Shown one piece after another: positions 22,029-30,631 of a stretch of 64,000 nt of DNA. The DNA is from an uncultured Chloroflexia bacterium (GTDB lineage: Bacteria > Chloroflexota > Limnocylindria > Limnocylindrales > CSP1-4): contig CAVQIH010000012.1 in assembly GCA_963712585.1 (NCBI GenBank), forward strand, positions 36,692-100,691. The letters are read 5' to 3'. How positions within the stretch are numbered: the first letter of the stretch is position 1; the number at the start of each line of letters is the position of its first letter. The notes beneath the pieces are model-generated. The model saw only the letters and a program-made list of their open reading frames with translations, did not search any database and was not told the DNA's origin. Position numbers and translations under genes: made by a program.

Positions 22029-23554
22029 ATGAAGCCGCTGGGCCAGTTCGAAGTCTGGTTCGTCACCGGCAGCCAGGAGATGTACGGGGACGCGACGCTT
22101 CGCCAGGTCGCGGCGAACGCCCGGCGGATCGCCGACGCGCTCGACGCGCTCGGCAGGCGATCCCGGTGCGGATCGTCTACCGGCCCGGTCGTGACGTCGC
22201 CCGAGAGCATCGCCGCGGCCTGCCGCGAGGCGAACGCGACCGACGCCTGCGTCGGGGTGATCGCTCTGGATGCACACCTTCTCGCCGGCCCGGATGTGGA
22301 TCGGCGGGCCTCCAGGCGCTCCACAAGCCGCTCCTCCACCTCCACACCCAGTTCAACCGCGATCTCCCCTGGGGCGAGATCGACATGGACTTCATGAACC
22401 TCAACCAGTCGGCCCACGGCGACCGCGAGTTCGGGTTCATCGAGACCCGCCTGCGGCTCGCCCGCAAGACCGTCGTCGGCCACTGGCAGGACCCCGACGT
22501 CGCGCGAGCGGATCGGGGCCTGGTCACGGGCGGCCTGCGCCTGGCACGAGGCGCACCGCCTCCGGGTGGCGCGGTTCGGCGACAACATGCGCCACGTCGC
22601 GGACACCGAGGGCGACAAGGTCGAGGCGCAGATCCGTCTCGGCGTGGCGGTCAACGGCTACGGCGTGAGCGACCTCGCCGCCGCGATCGGGTCGGTGTCC
22701 GGAGCCGACGTCGACGAGCTGCGTCGCCGCGCTATGACGCCGACTACGACGTCGTCGCCCGAGCTCGGGCCGGACGGAGCGCGCCGCGCCGAGCTGCGCG
22801 AGGCAGCCCGCATCGAGGCCGGCCTGCGCGTCTTCCTCGAGGTCGGCGGCTTCGGCGCCTTCACCGACACCTTCGAGGACCTCGACGGCCTGCGTCCAGC
22901 TGCCGGGCCTCGCCGTCCAGCGGCTCATGGCCGACGGCTACGGCTTCGGCGCCGAGGGGGACTGGAAGACCGCCGTCCTGGTCCGCCTGCTCAAGGTGAT
23001 GGCGACCGGCCTGCCCGGGCGGGACCTCCTTCATGGAGGACTACACCTACCACCTCGACCCGGAGGGGCCGAAGGTCCTCGGCGCCCACATGCTCGAGGT
23101 CTGCCCGTCGATCGCCGCCGAGCGACCCGCGCTGCGAGATCCATCCGCTCTCGATCGGCGCGCAAGCCGGACCCGGTCCGGCTCGTCTTCGACGCCGCGC
23201 CCGGCGACCGGCGGTCGTGGTCGGCCATGATCGATCTCGGCGACCGCTTCCGGCTCGTCGCCAACGAGATCGACATCGTCGAGCCGACCGAGCCGCTGCC
23301 CACGCCTGCCGGTCGCCCGGGCGGTCTGGCGAGCCGCGGCCCGACCTGCGACCGGCGACCGAGGCGTGGCTGATCGCCGGTGGGTCGCACCACACCGTCC
23401 TCAGCCAGGCGATCGGGATCGGAGCCCCTCGCCGACTTCGCCGAGATGGCGCGCATCGAGCTCCTCTCGATCGACGAGGACACGACCGTGCGCGCCGTCC
23501 GCAACGAGACTGCGCTGGAACCAGGCGTACTACCGCCTGGCCGGCGGACTCTGA
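22029..23554 (+). pseudogene. araA: L-arabinose isomerase AraA, several apparent frameshifts
   Basis: N-terminus [21 protein letters not shown] matches AraA. Later fragments ..[36 protein letters not shown].., ..[41 protein letters not shown].. are in other frames. Confidence 0.75.
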
Positions 23555-23573
23555 GGCCGCAGGAGGGATCCAC

Positions 23574-25296
23574 GTGGCTGCGAAATGCGCGATCGGCATC
23601 GACTTCGGGACAGAGTCGGGCCGCTCGGTCCTCGTGTCGCTGGCGGACGGCCGAGAGCTGGCCCAGTCGGTCTACGGATACCGGAACGGGGTGATCGACG
23701 ATCACCTGCCCGCTCCGCACGGGGGGCAACGCCTGCCGCCTGACTGGGCGTTGCAGGATCCCGAGGATTACGTGCGGACTGTTCAGCAGACCGTGCCGGC
23801 CGTGCTCCGGGCCTCCGGTGTGGATCCGGTCGACGTCGTGGGCGTCGGCATCGACTTCACCGCCTGCACGATGATGCCCACGACCGCCGACGGGACACCG
23901 CTCTGCGTCCTGCCGGAGTGGCGGGCGAATCCGACACGCCTGGGTCAAGCTGTGGAAGCATCACGCGGCCCAGCCGGAGGCGGACCTGATCAATGCGACA
24001 GCCCGGCGCCTGGGTGAGAGCTGGCTGGCGAGGTACGGCGGCAAATACTCCTCGGAGTGGTTCTTCAGCAAGGCGCTCCAGATCCTCGACGAGGCCCCGG
24101 AAGTTTACGCGGCGGCGGACCGGCTCCTCGAAGCCGCCGACTGGATCGCCTGGCAGCTCACCGGCTCGGAGACACGTAACCTGACGACCGCCGGCTACAA
24201 GGCGATGTGGTCCAAGCGCGACGGCTTCCCCCGCGGCGAGTACTTCGCGGCGCTCGACCCACGGTTCGCCCGAATCGTGGACGACAAGATGAGCCGCGAC
24301 ATCCGCGCCCTGGGAGAGCCTGCCGGCGGGCTCTCGCCCCAGGCGGCCGCCTGGACGGGCCTGCCCGCCGGGACGCCCGTCGCCATCGCCAACGTCGATG
24401 CCCACGTGTCCGTCCCCGCGGTAGGGGTAACCGGGCCAGGAACGCTCGTCGCGATCATGGGGACGAGCATCTGCCACATGGTCCTCGGCAGCGAACTGCA
24501 CGACGTCGAGGGGATGTGCGGCGTCGTCGATGGCGGCATCCTGCCCGGCATGTTCGGGTACGAGGCAGGCCAGTCGGGGGTCGGCGACATCTTCGCGTGG
24601 TTCGTCGACAACTGCGCTCCCGGCGCCATGCGCGACGAGGCCGCGACCCGGGGCGTCGACCTCCACGCGCTCCTCGAGGCCGAGGCGGCGAAGCTGCGGC
24701 CCGGCGAATCGGGCCTCCTCGCACTCGACTGGTGGAATGGCAATCGCTCCGTGTTGGTCGACGTCGACCTGAGTGGCGTGCTGCTTGGCGCCACGCTCGC
24801 GACGCGGGCACCGGACGTCTATCGCGCGCTCATCGAGGCGACCGCGTATGGGACGCGGGTCATCTGCGACACCTTCGCCGAGAACGGAGTCGCGGTCGAC
24901 GACATCGTCGCCTGCGGCGGACTCCCGGAGCGCAATCGACTCCTCATGCAGATCTACGCCGACGTCACCGGGAGGCGCATCCGGGTGAGCGCGTCGTCAC
25001 AAACGCCGGCGCTCGGGTCCGCGATGTGGGCGGCGGTCGCTGCGGGCGGGCGCGCCGGAGGCTACGACACGATCGAGGACGCCGCGGCGCGGATGGCCCA
25101 CCTGCGCGACGAGGCGTACGAACCCATCGCCAGTCACCACGCGACGTACGACCGCCTCTACCGCGAGTACGTGCGCCTGCACGACTACTTCGGGCGCGGG
25201 GAGAACGACGTCATGAAGACGCTTCGGGGGATCCGCGCGGATGCCGTCGGGCATGGGGGCGCCGGACCAGCCGGCGCGGGTGCCCCGCATGTCTGA
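23574..25296 (+). CDS. araB: ribulokinase AraB (one apparent frameshift near 23940-23990)
   Basis: RBS aggaggg, then GTG. FGGY-kinase N-terminus CAIGIDFGTESGRSVLV.., ..GYKAMWSKRDGFPRGEYFAALDPRF.., C-terminal ..CGGLPERNRLLMQIYADVTGRRI... The stop overlaps the araD start (ATGTCTGA). Confidence 0.8.
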
Positions 25297-26005
25297 GCGC
25301 TCCACGGACAGCGGGAATCTCCGCGAGCGCGTCTGCGCAGTCAACCTCGGCCTGGTGAAGGCGGGGCTCGTGGTCCTGTCGTTCGGCAACGCCAGCGCGG
25401 TCGACCGCGATCGAGGGATCGTCGCCATCAAGCCGAGCGGGGTCGCCTACGAATCGTTGCGTCCGGAGGACATCGTCCTGGTCTCGCTCGAGGACGGCCG
25501 GCTCATCGAGGGAACGAAGCGTCCGTCCTCCGACACACCGACCCATCTGATCCTCTATCGGGCGTTCCCGTCGGCGGGAGGCATCGTCCATACGCATTCG
25601 GTCCATGCCTCGAGCTGGGCCCAGGCTGGACGAGAGATCCCCTGCCTGGGGACGACCCATGCGGATCACTTCCGGGGAGCCGTGCCGGTGACGCGGGCAC
25701 TCTCCGATCAGGAGATCGCCGGAGACTACGAGACGCATACCGGCCTGGTGATCGTGGAGCGCTTCCAAGCCGGCGGGATCGATCCTGCCGAAGTCCCGGC
25801 TTGCCTGGACGTCAGGCACGGCCCCTTCGTGTGGGGAGCGTCGCCAGAAGAGGCACTGGCGAACGCGATCGCGCTGGAGCATGTCGCGGCCATGGCGCTC
25901 AAGACGCTGGCGCTTGCCCCGGGGATCGGTGCCGCGCCCGAGGCGCTGGTGGAGCGCCATTTCCATCGCAAGCACGGAGCCGGCGCCTACTACGGCCAGC
26001 CCTGA
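25291..26005 (+). CDS. araD: L-ribulose-5-phosphate 4-epimerase AraD
   Basis: Class II aldolase/epimerase fold: ..VVLSFGNASAVDRDRGIVAIKPSGVAYESL...GGIVHTHSVHAS... Intact. Confidence 0.85.
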
Positions 26006-26025
26006 CAGCGGGGTCGCCCTCGACG

Positions 26026-26056
26026 CCGCGGCCGCAGCCGACTTCCTCGGCCGCGG
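26026..26056 (+). terminator. GC-rich hairpin downstream of araD (stem CCGCGGCCG/CGGCCGCGG), no U-tract
   Basis: 9-bp perfect inverted repeat 20 nt after the araD stop. Terminator-like but weak, since no T-run follows. Confidence 0.3.
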
Positions 26057-26228
26057 ACAGAGACTCCTGAGCTCGCTCGGCTCGACCTTCGGCTCGTAGT
26101 GCTGTCGCGCTCTCCCGTCGGCTGCTTCGCCGACGCGGTCCCGGAGCGCCACGGCGTCGTCACCGGCCGGATGGGCCGTCTGGCCCCAAACCACGGGACT
26201 ACCGGCTCATCCCATCTATACGCCTAAG

Positions 26229-26255
26229 GCATATATAAGCTCTGTACGTATATGC
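26229..26255 (+). promoter_or_regulatory. AT-rich imperfect palindrome GCATATATAAGCTCTGTACGTATATGC, candidate ArsR-family operator/promoter
   Basis: The only AT-rich island in about 5 kb of 70% GC sequence, 50 nt upstream of the arsR-family GTG start. Inverted half-sites GCATATA...TATATGC. ArsR/SmtB repressors typically bind 12-2-12 type AT-rich inverted repeats overlapping their own promoter. Confidence 0.45.
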
Positions 26256-26306
26256 GCCCTGGGCGAATACCTCCCGGGACCACGCCAGGGCGCAAAGGAG
26301 CGGACC

Positions 26307-26678
26307 GTGCTGCGTGGCGACGACATCGACGAGCTCCAGGCCTCGCTGCTGCGGACACTGGCGAGCGCACAGCGGCTCAAGATCATCCACCTGCTTGGCG
26401 TCGGGCCGTCTGAGGTCAGCGAGATCGCGCGCGATCTCGGCCTGAGCCAGACGGCTGCCTCCCAGCACCTGGCCGCCATGCGTTCGGCGGGCCTCGTCAC
26501 TGCCCTGCGCGACGGGCGGACGGTCCGTTACTGCCTGACCGATCCGGAGATCCCGGCGGTGTGCGGTCTCATGCGCGACGTGCTGGTCCGCCGGCTGTCG
26601 CGCCTGGGCGACCTCGCGGCAGCGGCCAATCGGCCAACCGATTCCGTCGTCCACACCGATCAGGCGGGGCATCGATGA
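26307..26678 (+). CDS. ArsR/SmtB-family transcriptional regulator (two-Cys, possibly persulfide- or redox-sensing)
   Basis: RBS aaaggag, then GTG. wHTH ..LASAQRLKIIHLLGVGPSEVSEIARDLGLSQTAASQHLAAMRSAGLV..DGRTVRYCL.. with two Cys (RYC...AVCG). The stop overlaps the dsrE-like ATG (ATGA). Confidence 0.85.
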   Translation: MLRGDDIDELQASLLRTLASAQRLKIIHLLGVGPSEVSEIARDLGLSQTAASQHLAAMRSAGLVTALRDGRTVRYCLTDPEIPAVCGLMRDVLVRRLSRLGDLAAAANRPTDSVVHTDQAGHR

Positions 26679-27082
26679 GCGATTGCCTGTCCCTCGTGCT
26701 CTTCTCGGGGACCGCCGACAAGCTCCACGCCGCGGCCACCCTGGCCGCCGGTGCCGCCGCCATGGGTCGACCAGTCAACGTGCTGCTCATGTACTGGGCC
26801 CTGGACGCATTCCGCGCGGACGGCATCACCGCGGACCACGGCCTCGCCTATGACTCCGAACGGCCCGGATCCAGTGAGCCGGTCGACGGCGCGGGGGCGA
26901 TCCCGTGGCTGGAGACCTTCAGGCAGGCGAAGGAGCTCGGCGAGGTGACGATCTGGGCCTGCTCCGGATCGCTCTCCACGCTCGGGATCGATGCCGCGGC
27001 CCTCGATCCGCTGGTCGACGGGTCCGGCGGGGTCGCCACGTTCCTGCTGGCCGCCGACGACGGCCAAATCCTGTTCATCTGA
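26675..27082 (+). CDS. DsrE/DsrF-like family sulfur-relay protein
   Basis: 135-aa protein MSDCLSLVLFSGTADKLHAAATLAAGAAAMGRPVNVLLMYWALDAF...IWACSGSL.. The DsrE-fold signature (VLFSG..DK...A...A.A.G..V.V) and a candidate active-site Cys are present. Confidence 0.65.
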   Translation: MSDCLSLVLFSGTADKLHAAATLAAGAAAMGRPVNVLLMYWALDAFRADGITADHGLAYDSERPGSSEPVDGAGAIPWLETFRQAKELGEVTIWACSGSLSTLGIDAAALDPLVDGSGGVATFLLAADDGQILFI

Positions 27083-27136
27083 TCGCGCGCCACATCGCCG
27101 CAACGAACAGCCTCGTCTACTGAAGGAGACGCCGTC

Positions 27137-27403
27137 ATGACCGCCACCGCAGCCGAAAGCGCCCTCGAGACCATCGCCGCCGACAAGGTCGTCGACGCCC
27201 GGGGCGCCGCCTGTCCAGGCCCGCTCCTGGAGGCCAAGAAGGGCATCGGCACGCTGCCGATCGGCTCCGTCCTCGAGCTCTGGTCGAGCGATTCGGTGAC
27301 CAAGGCCGACGTCGCCGCGTGGGCCGGCAAGGTGGGCCATGCCTACCTCGGCTCGTTGGCCGCAGACGGCTACGACCGCGTCTTCGTCCGCCGCGAGAAG
27401 TAG
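27137..27403 (+). CDS. tusA: TusA-like sulfurtransferase (CPxP motif)
   Basis: 88-aa protein with ..VDARGAACPGPLLEAKKGI... ACPGP is the TusA/SirA persulfide-carrying Cys motif. Confidence 0.85.
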   Translation: MTATAAESALETIAADKVVDARGAACPGPLLEAKKGIGTLPIGSVLELWSSDSVTKADVAAWAGKVGHAYLGSLAADGYDRVFVRREK

Positions 27404-27480
27404 GTGGTCGAAGGCAACCGGCCAAGGCTGGGGCACCGGACTATGCCGCCGGCAGCCACCCGGCCAGGAGCAGCCGCCCG

Positions 27481-27939
27481 ATGACCGCGCTCGCCGCCAC
27501 CGAGGTGCCGCGGAGCACGAAGCCAGGGTTCGCCCCCCGGATCCTGGTCTTCTCCACCAACAACATCTCGGACCCCGGGATCGACCTGGCCGGGAGCTCG
27601 CACCTGCACTACTCCCCGGGCGTCGTCGTCATCGGGCTGCCCTGCACGAGTGGGATCAGGCCGTCGTGGATCCTCCACGCCATCGAGCGCGGGTTCGACG
27701 GCGTCTTCATCGCCGCGGACGGCGACGAGTGCGCCTACCTGGTGGATTGTGCGAAGCGGGCCTCGCGGATCGTGGCTGACGCGCAAGCGCTCCTGCGGGC
27801 GAACGGCCTCCAGACCCAGCGGTTGAAGATGGCCGCCATCTGCTCCGTCTGCGCCGATCCGTTCACCAAGTATGTCCAGCAGTTCACGCAGGCGCTCGCC
27901 GAGCTGGACCGGCCGGAGGAGGCACGTCATGGACTATGA
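27481..27939 (+). CDS. mvhD: MvhD/FlpD-like hydrogenase iron-sulfur subunit domain protein (partly degenerate Cys set)
   Basis: ..RILVFSTNNISDPGIDLAG..YSPGVVVIGLPCTSGIRPSWILHAIERGFDGVFIAADGDECAYL... aligns to the MvhD pattern (FxCNWCxYxGADLAG ... VMCSGR ... DGVLVxGCHxGDCHY), but the first two Cys are replaced by N/S. The stop overlaps the downstream HdrA ATG. Confidence 0.65.
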   Translation: MTALAATEVPRSTKPGFAPRILVFSTNNISDPGIDLAGSSHLHYSPGVVVIGLPCTSGIRPSWILHAIERGFDGVFIAADGDECAYLVDCAKRASRIVADAQALLRANGLQTQRLKMAAICSVCADPFTKYVQQFTQALAELDRPEEARHGL

Positions 27940-30631
27940 CGTGCTGGTCGTGGGGAGCGGGATCGGCGGAATGGAGTCCGCGCTCAAGCTCGGCGACATG
28001 GGCTACCGCGTCCTCCTGGTCGAGAAGGAGGCCAGCGTGGGCGGGAAGATGATCCTGCTCAGCAAAGTCTTCCCCACCCTCGACTGCGCGAGCTGCATCT
28101 CGACTCCCAAGATGGCGGCCACGATCCACCATCCCAACATCACCGCACTCACCTACAGCGAGGTTGGAGGGATCACCCAGAGCGGCGAGGGGCATTTCAG
28201 GGCCAGCATCCGCCAGAAGGCGCGCTTCGTCGACGAGGCGCGCTGCACGGGGTGTCAGCTCTGCGAGATCGCCTGCACCGTGGCTGTGCCCGATCAGTTC
28301 AACGCCGACCTCGTGGCCAGGCGGGCCGCCTACATCGCCTTTCCCCAGGCGGTGCCGAAAAAGGCGGTCATCGAGCGCGCGGGCGCCTCGCCCTGCTCGC
28401 ATACCTGCCCGGCCGGGATCCCTGCCCATGGTTACGTCTCGCTGATTCGGAGTGGCGAGTTCGAGAAGGCTTTCCAGCTGGTTCTCGACGTCACGCCCCT
28501 CGTGGGGACGCTGGGTCGGGCCTGCTACGCGCCGTGCGAGGCCGACTGCACACGCGGCCTGCTCGAGGGGACGCTCCCGATTCGGCGCCTGAAGCGCTTC
28601 GCCGCGGACACCCATTACCGGGGCGCGGACGGCCCGGGGATCACCGCCCCGGCTCCCAACGGACGAAAGGTGGCGGTCGTCGGCTCCGGGCCGGCCGGCC
28701 TGACCGCCGCCTGGCAGCTGGCGCGGAAGGGCTACCTGGTCAAGATCCTCGAGGCCGCCCCGGAGCCCGGAGGCTTCCTGCGCCTGGCCATTCCCGCCTA
28801 TCGCCTGCCGGCCGAGGTCGTCGAGCGCGACATCGAGAACGTCACGGCGCTGGGCGTGGAGATTGCCACCGGCACGCGGGTCGACGACCTCGAGGACCTG
28901 CGCGGCCAGGGGTTCGACGCGGTCCTGGTGGCGACCGGAACGCCGCGGTCTACGACGCTGGGACTGACTGGGCAGGACCTTCACGGCGTCGTCACCGGCC
29001 TGGAGTTCCTCCGTGGAGTGAGACTCGGCCAGGCGGCCGACCTGCAGGCAAAGCACGTGGTCGTGGTCGGCGGAGGCAACGTGGCCATGGACGCCGCCCG
29101 CACCGCTCGACGCATGGGGGCCCGCCAGACGACCGTTCTCTACCGGCGCGGCCACCAGGAGATGCCGGCCCACGTCGCCGAGGCGGAGGACGCCCGCCAG
29201 GAGGGCGTCGAATTCCAGTTCCAGGTCGCTCCCGTCGAGGTGCTCGATGACGGTCGCGGCAGTGTGGGCGGTGTGCGCTGTCGCCGCATGGCGCTCGGCG
29301 CGCCCGACCAGTCCGGTCGCCGGCGCCCGGCGCCAATCCCCGGCAGCGAGTTCACCATCGACTGCGAGGCGGTGATCATCGCCATCGGCATGGCCCCCGA
29401 CACCGAGACGTTCGCGACGCGAGTGTCGGCCAACGCGGACGGCACACTCCGTGTCAACCCCCAGACACTCCAGACTCCCGTCCCGTACATCTTCGCGGCG
29501 GGCGATGTCGTGACCGGTGCCACCGACATCACGCGGGCCGTCGGGCAGGGCCGCCGGGCCGCCTTCATGATCGACCGTTGGCTCCAGGGTCACGAGCTCA
29601 GCGGCTTCGACGACGAGCTCCCGGTCGTCGACAAGCTGCACGTCCTGGAGCGACAGCGGCAGTACACGCATCGCGAGCCGCCCGCGCCAGCCGTGCGGCC
29701 ATCCGTCGCACCTGGCGATTTCGCAGAGCTGGAGCCGCCGATGGGCGAGGCCGAGGCGCGCGAGGCCGCCGGGCGGTGCCTCGACTGCGGTGTGTGCTCG
29801 GAGTGCGGTGAGTGCGTGGCTGCCTGCCCTGCCTTTGCCATCGACCTGAGGATGCGCGAGCGAGAGCGCAAGGTCGAGGTCGGTGCAGTCGTCGTCGCCA
29901 CCGGCTTCAGGCTGTTCCCGGCCGATCTCAAGCCGGAATACGGGTACGGCACGTTCAAGAACGTGATCACCGGGCTGCAGATGGACCGCCTCCTCGCCCC
30001 GACCCGACCGTTCCACACGATCCTCCGGCCGGGCGACGGCAAGGTTCCCGAGCGCATCGCCTACGTGATGTGCACGGGCTCCCGCGACGAGACCGTTGGC
30101 AACCCGCTGTGCTCCAAGTTCTGCTGCATGTACTCGATCAAGCAGAACCAATTGATCATGGGGGCCCTGCCGCTGGCCGACGTGACCGTGCACTACATGG
30201 ACATCCGCGCGGCCGGCAAGCGCTACGACGAGTTCTACGAGCAGGCCAAGTCCATGGGGGCCACCTATGTCAAGGGCCGGGTGGCCAAGATCACCGAGAA
30301 GGACGACGGCAACCTCGTCCTGCACTACGAGGACATCGAGCACGGGGGAGCCCTTGCCGAAGCTGAGTACGACCTGGTGGTGCTGGCGGTCGGCGTTCAA
30401 CCGAACAGCGACGCCCAAGCCCTGTTCCCGGCCGGCGAGCTGTCGCTCGACGAGTACCACTTCGTGGCAGAGCCGGACGAGGACCTGAATCCCGGCCAGA
30501 CCAGCATCCCCGGGGTCTACGTGGCCGGCGCCGCCTCCGGGGCCAAGGACATCACCGACTCGATCCTGCACGCGGGCGCGACCGCGGCGCAGGTCGCGGC
30601 CCACCTCGAGCGGCTGAAGGTGCCGGCATGA
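27929..30631 (+). CDS. hdrA: HdrA-like flavoprotein with an inserted NfnB/GltD-type NAD(P)H:FAD oxidoreductase module (HdrL-like fusion, 900 aa)
   Basis: Starts MDYDVLVVGSGIGGMESALKLGDMGYRVLLVEKEASVGGKMILLSKVFPTLDCASCISTPK (HdrA FAD site plus the PTxDCxxC motif). Then a ferredoxin motif CTGCQLCEIAC. Then the GltD/NfnB N-terminal Fe-S signature PCSHTCPAGIP...GRACYAPCEADC. Then two Rossmann motifs (KVAVVGSGPAGLTAAWQLARKG ... HVVVVGGGNVAMDAART) and YIFAAGDVVTG. Then 4Fe-4S CLDCGVCSECGECVAACP. Then the HdrA C-terminal signature CTGSRDETVGNPLCSKFCCMYSIKQ ... GVYVAGAASG. Uninterrupted ORF. Confidence 0.8.
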   Translation: MDYDVLVVGSGIGGMESALKLGDMGYRVLLVEKEASVGGKMILLSKVFPTLDCASCISTPKMAATIHHPNITALTYSEVGGITQSGEGHFRASIRQKARFVDEARCTGCQLCEIACTVAVPDQFNADLVARRAAYIAFPQAVPKKAVIERAGASPCSHTCPAGIPAHGYVSLIRSGEFEKAFQLVLDVTPLVGTLGRACYAPCEADCTRGLLEGTLPIRRLKRFAADTHYRGADGPGITAPAPNGRKVAVVGSGPAGLTAAWQLARKGYLVKILEAAPEPGGFLRLAIPAYRLPAEVVERDIENVTALGVEIATGTRVDDLEDLRGQGFDAVLVATGTPRSTTLGLTGQDLHGVVTGLEFLRGVRLGQAADLQAKHVVVVGGGNVAMDAARTARRMGARQTTVLYRRGHQEMPAHVAEAEDARQEGVEFQFQVAPVEVLDDGRGSVGGVRCRRMALGAPDQSGRRRPAPIPGSEFTIDCEAVIIAIGMAPDTETFATRVSANADGTLRVNPQTLQTPVPYIFAAGDVVTGATDITRAVGQGRRAAFMIDRWLQGHELSGFDDELPVVDKLHVLERQRQYTHREPPAPAVRPSVAPGDFAELEPPMGEAEAREAAGRCLDCGVCSECGECVAACPAFAIDLRMRERERKVEVGAVVVATGFRLFPADLKPEYGYGTFKNVITGLQMDRLLAPTRPFHTILRPGDGKVPERIAYVMCTGSRDETVGNPLCSKFCCMYSIKQNQLIMGALPLADVTVHYMDIRAAGKRYDEFYEQAKSMGATYVKGRVAKITEKDDGNLVLHYEDIEHGGALAEAEYDLVVLAVGVQPNSDAQALFPAGELSLDEYHFVAEPDEDLNPGQTSIPGVYVAGAASGAKDITDSILHAGATAAQVAAHLERLKVPA

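Noticed and set aside
27929-30631. Annotating the 900-aa ORF as glutamate synthase small subunit (gltD) or as a dihydropyrimidine dehydrogenase-type enzyme
   Set aside because: The GltD-like module is internal and is flanked on both sides by HdrA-specific motifs (PTLDCASC at the N-terminus, CTGSRDE...CSKFCCMY at the C-terminus). It sits in an mvhD/hdrA/qmoC context, so it is an HdrA fusion, not a nitrogen-assimilation enzyme.
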